This document shows positions 16,343-27,320 of a stretch of 64,000 nt of DNA, piece after piece. Source of the stretch: Dimorphilus gyrociliatus (Eukaryota > Animalia > Annelida); contig CAJFCJ010000006.1 of the NCBI GenBank assembly GCA_904063045.1, positions 248,001-312,000 of the forward strand. The letters are read 5' to 3'. Under the pieces are notes generated by a model. It was given only the letters and a program-made list of their open reading frames with translations. It was not told the origin of the DNA and ran no database searches. Position numbers and translations under genes: made by a program. Each line of letters starts with the position of its first letter. The first letter of the stretch is position 1.

Positions 16343-19300
16343 ATGAAAATACTATTTTGTCTTGTGATATTATCAGCGGCCTCATGTGCCCCAAATTTGA
16401 GGAAAGAAGAAGTTTTAGCTAAATTGTACAGCTTTAAAACACAATGGGACTCTTTCGTTGAGGATGCTGATACACCGTTGATGGAAACATCAATGTTTGA
16501 CAAAATTTCCTCGGCTCTCAGATATATTGAACCATCAACTCCACTAGCACAAAGTTTTCTAAAGAAAGATACAAATATTCTTTACATGAACAAACCTTTT
16601 ACTAAATTCGACTTTAATCCTACATTTAAAATGAACTTCATGGACGTTTTAAGGGATTCTCTTAAGGCATATCTGTCTGATATTTTGTCCTCGAGTGAAG
16701 AAATTAAGAATATGATACGTACTATAGCTATGGGGAAAAGATACGATTCTTCAAAAATCAGGAACTTTATAAAAGAAATAACTGTTGCTGAGAATTTGGA
16801 GAGACATATTGTCAATGATGCTTTAAAAATATATTTGGGCAAAAACGGAAAGAGCAGTCCTTCAATTTATGCTAATCATACAATCAATGATAAATGTAAG
16901 TGGGACTTTAGTACAACAATTCTCGACACTGGACGAATGGTCATAAGTTGGCTAATAGATGCGGACACACTAGCTGAAGAGTTGTACGCTATTGTAAAGA
17001 ATGTTATTTTTGATGTTGTGGCAGACATGTATCCTATATTAGTTGAAGACATACTTGGTCCTAAGTGTGAATGTCGAAGGCGGGCGGAGCCAGCAGAGTG
17101 CGTATTAGAATGCTGTCAACCGCCTACGAATTGTTCAGCATGTTCAGATCAGGACTTTGAGGAAGAGGATATTCTTTTAGTTGGTCCAGTTGGGGAATTA
17201 ATTTGTTCATTTATTGATGATCTCGGTTTGAATGAGAGTCTAAAGCTAATTGCAAACAAGACACTGACAATTACTGAAGAACAAACAGCTACTATTATAG
17301 GATGTAAGTTTAAGGATGTCTTATATTTTTTCTGAATAAGTTTGTATAACAGTAATCGACGCACTTTTCAAACTTCCGACTGGGATAATGGAAGGAAAAC
17401 TACATTGGATGGGAAGCTATGATCTATGCTTGGACACAGAAATGAAATTTAAGCACTGGTCGATTTCGGGTGCAATTTCTCAGAATGAACCAAAAAAATC
17501 TTACAAAGGTCGATATTGTCGAGTAGGAGTCTCACCAACAGAGGTTTTTTTTTTTTATTAATTTGTTCTTATTTAAGTACTGTATCTTTAAATCTTATTC
17601 CAAAATACTAGCTCGTGCGAAACAATAGTGTAGGTATCTTTATGCTTAGTGTTGGAATGTGCGTGTCTGATGCATGTAGCAGAGAAGATGTTGGATCATT
17701 TTTTACAAAAGGTAATTTTTAAATAGATTAATACTGTTTATATATTAATTGTTTTTCACTAGATCTTCAATTGCCTAATTTAAACATTCCAAATCTTTCA
17801 ATTCCCGGTTTATTAAATATATCTGCAATAAATGTTTCTTTACCATCACCTTTGGAGAACATTTTAGGACTTTCAGTAGTAGAAGTTGCCTGTGGAAATT
17901 ATTGGTACGACCTTAATACACCTAGACTAAGAGCTGGCCTGTAAGTATCACAAGCTAAGTTCCATATTATAAACATTATTTGAGAAATTTTTTATAGTGG
18001 TGTTGTTCTGGCGGTAGTTGTGTTAGTAATTCTGGCAACTTTGTATGACTGCTTAATAAGGCGTAACATAATGAGAAAGAAATTAACCCAAAGAAAAGAG
18101 CTTATGAGGAAAAAACTTTCAGTTGCTACTTTTGAGGGTTTTGATAAAGTAAATGACAACAAGCTCGCAGTTCCTCCATCGATTCCTAGTGGAAATAGCC
18201 CACCAGGATACTCTCCAGTGCACGAAGATGACATGAAGCATCTGGGTGGAGGTTAATTTTATTTTAAAGTACTCAAAACGCGATTCAACGATTAATAATT
18301 GTTCAACAGGAAAGATCTATCCCACTTTACCGCGATCAATTTCAACAATTTCAAAACAGAGCTCTATGGTACACTTCTTTAGTGCAGAAAGCTGCGTCGA
18401 ACCAACGTCCAAGAGAGATGGTAATAAACCCTTATTACAACATTTTGTTATGAGCTGTGAATAAACCATTACTTCAGAGTGGATTGATCGAATCGAAATG
18501 GCTTTTGCTGGTTTTTCTGCCTATTCCAACCTTCGTAGAATTTTTCGCACCAATACAAGAAAAGAGGAGATTCGAGCGATTAGTGGTATGAGGGTTCTCA
18601 GCTACGGTTGGATTGTTCTAGGACATACTTTCTTATTTGGCATACTTATAACTGAAACATTTAGTACATCAAATCTTGTATCAATCTTACCTAAGCTTAT
18701 CCAGAGATTTAGCTTTCAAGCGATTATAAACTTTCACTTCAATTCGGATACATTCTTAGTCATCAGGTAATAAGACAACAATGAGACCTTAATACTTTAC
18801 TAATGCTTACGATTTGAACGTAAAGCGGCTGTTTGACAGCTTACTATTTTTTAAAACACTATGAAGAAAATGGTAACAAGATTACTGTAAGGCAAATGGT
18901 TTATTTTTACTGGCATCGGTATTGGAAGTAAGTGAATACTTATTTTTATAAACAACGCATTTTCTGACAATACGATAACTTTTAATAGGCTTGTTCCCCC
19001 TATGGCTCTCTTAATAGGTAACCTCTGCTAGATTAACTTAACCGTCTATTACACGTATAAAATAATTACAGCTTTTTATGGTCCCATGTACCGTTTTCTT
19101 GGGGATGGTCCCATGTTTCCAGTGAGAATAACAGACGGTGATAACTGCAGGGAGAATTGGTGGGTTAATATGCTGTTGGTGCACAATCTTGTAAAGAGAA
19201 CAGAACAATGTCTTGCCTACACGTGGTATCTTGCGGTGATTTGGCAATTACATATTGTTTCTCCTTTTATTCTAATACCACTATGCGTGTACGTATTGTT

Positions 19301-20617
19301 TATCTTTTTGTCAGCTGTTAGTTATCTTCATATACTAATTTCTAATGTACCGTGCGTCAGATAAGAATGCATCAATATCTAGGTGGGACATGGGTCCTTG
19401 TCCCTATTAACTAACTAAAGAGTTCTCTATATCTTAACTTGATAGCTTATCAGCTACTCGGAGCTTATCGATTTTATTGCATTCTATGCAGAACTCTTTG
19501 CATTCTTAAAAGTTAAACTAGAGCCTCTGGCCCTACATTATGACATTGCTAATTTGAAAATTAAATGAATTTTTCAGAAAGAGAAAGTTTGGGTATGTGA
19601 TACTATTTTTAGCATTTACGGCACATTGTGTTGCTACTGGAGTGATAAGTCATAAACAGTGAGTTCACTATACATAAATATTGTTTAAATCTCTAAATTA
19701 ATTAACTTGAAGGTTTGATTCTGGGCTAATAGGCTTCTATAGAGAAGTCTTATCAACGCCGTGGTGTAGAGCTGGTCCTTTCCTAATTGGTATAGGCCTT
19801 GCTTTATTATTAAGAAACAAGATAGCAATTGAAAAGAGAATTAATTGGGTAGGTATTTTCTAAATTTATTGTTAAAATATTATGAAAGTTGACTATTTCG
19901 ACAGCCTATAGCCGTTTTATTGTGGCTAGTTTCGATAGCGGCAATGGTCACTGTAACCTTTATAACTTATACTCAATTTCGAAAGGGAGGAACTCCATGG
20001 TCAAAAACTGGTTCAGTAGCATTTGACGTTATTGGAAAAAATGTTTGGGGTTTAGGTGTATGTAAGTAATATTTTGGATATTGTTCTTTCATTTTCAAAC
20101 CTTAATATCTTCTTATAATAATTTCAGCGTGGATTATTCTAGCATGTAGCATCCGTAGAGGTGGTTTTATAAATGAATTTTTATCATGGCGAGCATTTAT
20201 TCCTCTAGCAAAGTGTGTTTATCCAGCTTTACTTATACACGGAATCCTTATTTTTAGATATGTCTATAATAAAAGAAATCTTGTTTATGTTGAGGATTTT
20301 GAAATGGTAAAAATCGTTTACAATTTTAAAAAAGCCGATTTGATATGAAATTCTTTTACCAACTACAGATATATGTATTTATGGGACATATGATGTTCTC
20401 CTTAGCCGTCGGATGTTTGATTGCCATTCTATTCTGGTATCCTTTCCTCGGATTAGAAAGAGCAATCTTAGGGCGTGCAGATTCGTCTCTTAAAGAGCTC
20501 AAAGCTGAAATGATCAATGATATGAAACAGGAACAAGAATTATTCAGCAATGCACAAGGTACTTTAGCTGATAATGGAGGAGCCTTTTCCTACGGTCGAC
20601 AAGTCTCTTCCTTATAA
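16343..20617 (+). CDS. nrf-6: Nose-resistant-to-fluoxetine-6-like membrane O-acyltransferase (NRF domain + acyltransferase-3), copy a; about 15 exons
   Basis: Signal peptide MKILFCLVILSAASCA; NRF motif IDALFKLPTGIMEGKLHWMGSYDLC..GRYC; AT3 motifs GMRVLSYGWIVLGHT (R-X10-H), SDTFLVISG, FYWHRYWKLVPP, TWYLAVIWQL, TPWCRAGP; stop after QVSSL. Confidence 0.93.
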
Positions 20618-20846
20618 TCGTGAAAACAAAATAAATACCACTTGACTGTACCCGCTATCAGTGGCAATGAATCTTAAAGATTTTAATTTAAGAGTATATA
20701 TTCACACATGTTTGCTCATTTTTATGAAATGTTGTTAAAGATAATTTCTTATGGTTGATAATAAATTGATAATTAAAGGCCGAGTCAGCTTATCTTTTAC
20801 TATAAAATATTATTAAAAATAACCGAATTACTTAATTGTAAACAGG

Positions 20847-23780
20847 ATGCGTTTAGGAGCGTTTGTAATATATATTACTTTTTCTTTATTTTGTTTAAAA
20901 CAATGTAAAGGAACAAAATATCATAGGTTTTTAGACTCTTTTAATCAATTGAGTAATTTAAAGATTTTCCTAAATCAAATCGGAAAGTCATTTGAAATAA
21001 AAGACGACTGGCCTGATCTCAAACATACTTTTCGACTGCTTGGATCTGATGGCTCACTCAGATATAGAGGTATTTTGGAAGGACCGCGAGCATTTCGAAA
21101 GTATGCAACTTTATTGTCAAGCGAAGAGAGAAAGTTTAGTCATAGAGAGTCTGTAGAATCTTTTGATGTTTTTCGACCGCCCAGTAATTATTCTCAATTT
21201 GGCGTTTCTCCCACTTGCCAGCATGATATGAGTGTAGGCGTTTTAAATGGATTTAAATTACTAATGACTATATTGGGAGATGAAGCTGCAGAATCTTTGG
21301 TTGGACCTCCATTAGATAAAATTCTGCGGGGTATGAGAGATTTGAAAGAACTCAATAATAAAACTGTTGACGCAATAATTACAAGTAAGTTTGGAAAAGT
21401 CATTTAGCAAGATTCAATTCATATTTTTCCATTTATAAATTATTGACAGCAATGGATGCATTTTTCAAACTTCCATCTGGAGTACTTGGAGGGCAGCTGC
21501 ATTGGGTTGGAAGTTGGGCATTGTGCAATGGAATGAGAAATCCGTACTTGGATTGGAAGATGGAATTTGAAGATGGAAATAAGACTACGATTAACTACTT
21601 GGGAGAGAAAGAATTTGGTGGAAAATATTGTAGATTAGCTTTGGTTCCAACAGAGGTGGGTTGTTTATAAAAAATTATTAATTTATAAGTTACATTATTG
21701 TGGAAATTTAAAGAGTCTCGAAGAAGGAACAGCCTCAATTCCCATTGAACTTGGACTGTGCTTTCCTGATTCTTGTAATTATACAGAAATTGGGTCGATA
21801 ATGCAGCGAGGTGATCTATTTTTAAATTTAATAAACGATACTTGGAATTAAGTTGATAACATTCTAGGCCTAGTGCTAAGTAATGTAGAGGAAACCGATA
21901 ATAGTAATCCGAGGCTAAAATCTCTCGATGAAGCTCTTGGCTTATCTGTTTTGGAATCATTCTGCGGAAATTCATGGTACTCCTTAACTGACTATTGGCA
22001 GGGTAGAGCAGTTTTATGGAGCGTTGTCGTTTTAGTAATTATTATAGTAGTTGCAACAATTTACGATATCGTTTTTCGAAAGGAAGTATTAAAGATGAGG
22101 GTACATTATTTAGAGTCAACAATGACACAAAAGAAGGGAGCTGCCTACATATTTCAATCACCAGATGTAAAAACTTCGTACGACATGGAAGAGGATGATT
22201 GTCCAGAGAAGGGCATAGGAATTAAGGATAGACTTGAGCAAATTATTAGTGGTTTTTCAGCTTTCTCAAGTGCCAAGTTAATTTTCAATACATCTTATAA
22301 AAGAGGGTATATACCAACTGTAAATGCTCTGAAATTTTTAAGTTATGGTTGGGCAGTTGTAGGTAATACTTATGTTTTTGGAATTTTGGTCGCTGAAGTA
22401 CACACGACTGGTAATCTTATAAACGCTCTACCGAAATTGTTAAAACGATGGACATTTCAACCTGTTTTAAATTATCATTATAACATGGATACATTTCTAA
22501 CAATAAGTGGATTTTTAATTGCCTATTCCTTCATAAACAAATATAAATCAATTAAGCAGATAACTCCAAAAGTTATTGCTCTGTTTTACTTTCACAGATG
22601 GTGGCAGTAAGTATTCTATGTTAATTTTATGAAAAATAACATTATTAATAATTTAATCAATAGATTAGTGGTTCCCCTGATGTTTGTTGTTGGTGCATTT
22701 GCCTATCTTTATAAACAACTGGGTGATGGTCCACTCTTTGCCATAACTGTTACTGATGCTGAAAATTGCAAAAGCTCTTGGTGGACTAATCTCATTCTTA
22801 TGCATAACATTCTAAATAGAGATAAACGTTGCTTAGCATGGACTGTTTATGCCGGGCTTGTTTGGCAGCTTCATATAATTACGCCTTTTATATTAATACC
22901 TTTCCTACGGTAGGGAAAGTTGCTTTATCTTAATGGCCATATGTGCTTTTATTCCCATTGCTTGTATTTCTTTTATTTTTTTGTAGAAAACCAGTTGCAG
23001 GCTATATTTCGCTAGCTGCTTTTTATATAGCACATATAGTTTCAACAGCGGTGATCAGTAGTAGGGAGTACAATGGAGGGGCAAACGTTGGCGGCTTCTT
23101 CAGTCATATTCTAACAACTCCGTGGTGTAGAGCTGGTCCTTATTTGATTGGAGTTCTCTTTGCTCTTGTTTACAAGAAAAAGCACAAGCTTGCAGAAAAG
23201 ATTAATGGTTATGTAGCAATTGTTTGCTGGGCAATTTCACTTGTAATTGTTACATCGATAACATTTTCTACTTTATCAATATTTAACAAGAAAGATAGTT
23301 TTTTCTCTCCATGGAACAAGGCAAGAGTAGTTGCCTCTGATACACTTTCCCGAAGTGCCTTTTCAATAGCAATTGTCTGGATAATTTTTGCGTGTACCAG
23401 TGGTTTTGGTGGATTTCTGACAAGATTTTTCAGATGGAGAGCATTTGTTCCACTATCAAGAATACTTTATCCAGCAATGTTAATTCATACTATTGTAATA
23501 TTTCGCTACATTTACAATAAAAGAATACCTATATTAGTAGAAGATTTTGAAATGGTAAGGATGAATTGAATTAAAAGATTCGTACAATATTATCATGTTT
23601 ACTTCTTTCCTTTAGATATATTTATTTTTTGGCCATTGTCTAGCATCCTACGGTTTAGGCCTTGTTGTTGCTTTGATAATATGGTATCCTTTTCTTAATT
23701 TAGAAAGGGCGATATTATATATGGATAAAAAAGATATTTTTATGGACATGAAGAAGTATATTAAATCTCCACGAAAGTGA
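20847..23780 (+). CDS. nrf-6: NRF-6-like membrane O-acyltransferase, tandem copy b; 7 exons; catalytic motifs degenerate
   Basis: Signal peptide MRLGAFVIYITFSLFCLKQCKG; MDAFFKLPSGVLGGQLHWVGSWALC; MDTFLTISGF; TPWCRAGPYLIG; last exon ends YIKSPRK*, stop 23778-23780. Confidence 0.92.
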
Positions 23781-24680
23781 GATAAAAATGGAATTTTAAA
23801 ATATTTGTATAATTTTTTTTATATACAATTAAATTGAAAGAAAGAGATAGATTCTTGCTACTAAATTAGAGACTTTAAGATAAGATATGTCAAGTACAAA
23901 ACTGTACTTTTCAATTATATCTCTATTATTCGACTACTTTCCTTGTAATTCGTTTCATTAATATTGATAATGAAAATTTCTTATCAAATAGTTGTTTGTG
24001 CAGCGTCTGTTTTAATATTATAATCTAGGACAGCTTGTACAGGTAATGTAGCATCTAAATAATACTAACCATACGAATTGTTAAACTAAGATTGTATCGA
24101 AGAAACTTTAATAATAAATAATAAAGTTTAAAATTACGGTGCTAATTTTTGTAAATTAGTCTTGTTTTTCACTTATTTATCTATTTCACAAGGTCGTTAA
24201 CGTTAACATCTATTAATACCTGAAATATATTAAGGTATATGACCACATTTTAATTTAATGGTACTTGCTATCTTAAAAAATCATATGAAAAATAATTGAT
24301 TTTTGAATGTTATAAATACTGAGATATAAAGTATGTTATACGACTAGAACGCACACACGAAGAGCAAAATAATAGAATTTACATATTACCCATATCAATT
24401 AATTATTATTAATTACAATATAAGATAAAGATTAAAAATAGAGTTATTTACAAAGTAATTTATATCATGTAAAAGGTTGAAGTATTAATTCTATCCAAGC
24501 TGTTTACAATCATTTCTAAGAAATAATAAGGAGGGATCAAAAGATATTATATTATGATTTATTCTCTGTTAGAAGTTTATCATCAACTGTAATAATCAAA
24601 ATCAATAAAAACAATGTTAAATATTTTAACTATGTTTTAAAATTATTTTATTTATGATTTATATATCTCTTTAATAGTGT

Positions 24681-26339
24681 CTAATAATTTGACTTTGGTA
24701 CATTTCCATTAGGGACATACTTTTTAAAAAAGTTTTTCATTTTTCTCCAAGAATCTATCTGTGCCATTGCGTGTTCGTAAGTTGATCCACCGTATATTAA
24801 ATTTGTACCTAAATGTTATAATTAGTTTCTCTTTTCCCACCATACTTAAATATTTACAAATTACTTACCAACGTATTTGTGATAGCAGACTTTGCAAAGC
24901 GGTGAATGGGGGGGCTCAATTAAATGACCAGTATTGGGATAGCTAAGCATCTATAGAAATAATTGTTTTTATTGAATTGAAATAAGTCTTGTTTTGTTTT
25001 ATCCGAAATAACCTCGAAATTATTGTAGTTTAATTTCTTAATTTGATCCCTAACGATATGACCTGATAATACGCTGTCCGTATTGCAGTCGTCCTCTCCT
25101 GCAATCACCATAATTCTGCAATCGGCAGTTTGATTTAGAGGAAGAACTGATTCGGGAGTATAATGTTGAGATACGCCTTTAAACACCATTCCCTCTTCCG
25201 TATTTACAATTCTGTCATAGTCCATATCTCTGTATAAAAGTAGCGCGAAATGAATTGAATGAAATTATTTATCATATTCTAGGAAAATTATTACGTTGTT
25301 TTCTCAGCAACCAGACGACCCTTATACTTCCTTTCAAAAGTCAAAAATGCTGTTCCGTTTATAATGCAAGCGGCTTTTACAAGCGGTATATAATTGACCA
25401 TCATCAGAGCGATTTCAGCTCCAAGTGACAAACCAATTACGCCAACTCCTCCCTTTTCCACTTTTTCCTGGCTTTCCAGGAATTTCACACCTTCCTTTAT
25501 AATTGAAATATAATATATATATATATATACAAATATATGTAAATATGATAATATATAGGTTTTATTTTACCTCGAAATAGTCAAGTGGTATATCTATATT
25601 GGGAGGTATATCCCGATAATCGAAATAACCGAGGCATAAAACTGCAAAGCCTCTTGAAGAGAATAATGCGCCTCTATGTTCAAATAAACCTCCACCAGTT
25701 CCAAATAGATCAACGATACCTTTAAAAGGTCCTTTACCTTTTGGCATGAATAGAGTTCCTCGAATATTTCCCTCTGCGATTTCTTTTCTGTCAACATTTT
25801 CCTGGTCTAAATACCATCTGTCTAATTGCGTTACAGATAAGTAACTATTGCTTGTAAAAGGCTTCTCATCGCAAATATCTATATGACCATCAAAAACGGC
25901 AAGTTTTACATTTATTGGAGTTGTTATATCCTTCTTCAGATATCGTAGACCATCCCTTTGATTGATTGCGTTTTTTTGACTCCAAAACAGGCCATCAGCA
26001 TGTTTACCTTTATATGTTCCACCTAAACTTTCATCATTCGTACAAGATACTTGTCCATTATCGTTCGCCTCAAAATAGGCATTGGACACCATTTTTACAT
26101 TAGAATCATTAGAGTATGAAGCTATAGTAACTTTTTGTTTTGGTTTAAGATTTTTGACAACAATGTCAACACTGTCATCAACAAGAGCGGATCCGGGTTG
26201 AACGGAAATTGATACACTAGTTGAAAGCATCCGACCTGTTAGTGATTTATTAAAATTGTTAGGGGAGAAGAGTTAACTTACCAAAAGAACTTTTTACTGA
26301 AGTATAAATGCTAAATGATGTCCTACTAATATTTTGCAT
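24681..26339 (-). CDS. ACOT: Type-I acyl-CoA thioesterase / bile acid-CoA:amino acid N-acyltransferase (ACOT/BAAT) family, with N-terminal mitochondrial presequence exon
   Basis: BAAT_N (VQPGSALVDDSVDIVV, SLGGTYKG..GLFWS), DLFGTGGGLFEHRGALFSSRGFAVL, catalytic triad GLSLG / AGEDD / YPNTGHLIEPP. Exon 1 26339-26282 splices in phase to GT-CGG-ATG; stop TAG 24681-24683. Confidence 0.93.
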
Positions 26340-26906
26340 TAGTGAGTGTGCACTTTGAACAGCCTTTTCGCTTTGAATTGTCGAATGTTCCTTGTACTAG
26401 TACATAGCTTGGTCATAGGGCGTAAAGTAGATCATTTGATTAACAGATATCTTTGTACTACCGTCCTAATTTTGACGTCCCTTCAAAAAACTGGTAAGAA
26501 AGAGTTTTTGTCTTTAACGGGAGATGGCGCTCTATGTAAAGCCAAAACTATGGCGAGGTCACGTGTTATAGAAGGATGTTCAGAGTCTTTTAATCGTTCT
26601 TTTCATTAGTAGGAAAAACGCGAAAGAAGAAAGACATTCTTTCATTTAATAATGGTAAGATACTAAAAATAATTTTTTGTCGATTAGTGTGGAGATTTTT
26701 TCGATGATAGAACGCTTGCGATTCCTTCCCGCTCAAATTCGCCGGCTTCGAACGAGCTCGCTCGAGGTCAGACAAGATTTATGCGTTTTTTATGTACGTT
26801 TCATTATTAGAAGTCTTACCTATATTCTGTACAATTTGAGATACAAAAAATAAATAGTACTACTAAGCTATAAGATGTTAAATTGATAAATATTTCAATG
26901 TATTAG

Positions 26907-27320
26907 GAAGAAGTAGATTTTAAGAACGTTCGGGTAGAATGTTCTGCTGATGGAAGCCTCCATAAAACAGTAAGAATATTTGACGAACAACACAGAAAAC
27001 CTCCGTCCTATGTTATCCTATCAAGCATCGTTTGTCTGCTTATTCCACCGCTCGGGTTCATTAGCTTGTACTACTCAATAAAATGTAAAAGATCGACAAC
27101 GGAACTTTCAGCATGGGAAAACTCTAAGAAGGCCTTATTCTGGTTTACCGTATCTTTCATTATTTTTTCATTGATTGGTTGCATACTTTTTATGTACTTG
27201 GTTGGAGTTGGTTGGTCATCAATGAGTGAGGAACAAACGACGAAGAAGACAGTACGACCGTTTTCATTTAAATTTACAACACTTAAACCGATAAGACTGA
27301 GTATCGACTTTTCGCGATGA
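26907..27320 (+). CDS. CD225/dispanin family (IFITM/PRRT/SynDIG-like) membrane protein; 5' exon(s) probably within 26650-26795, unresolved
   Basis: Translation PPSYVILSSIVCLLIPPLGFISLYYSIKCKR...AWENSKKALFWFTVSFIIFSLIGCILF follows the CD225 pattern: hydrophobic segment with PLG, AxxxSxKA linker, then a second TM helix. Confidence 0.7.
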   Translation, partial: EEVDFKNVRVECSADGSLHKTVRIFDEQHRKPPSYVILSSIVCLLIPPLGFISLYYSIKCKRSTTELSAWENSKKALFWFTVSFIIFSLIGCILFMYLVGVGWSSMSEEQTTKKTVRPFSFKFTTLKPIRLSIDFSR

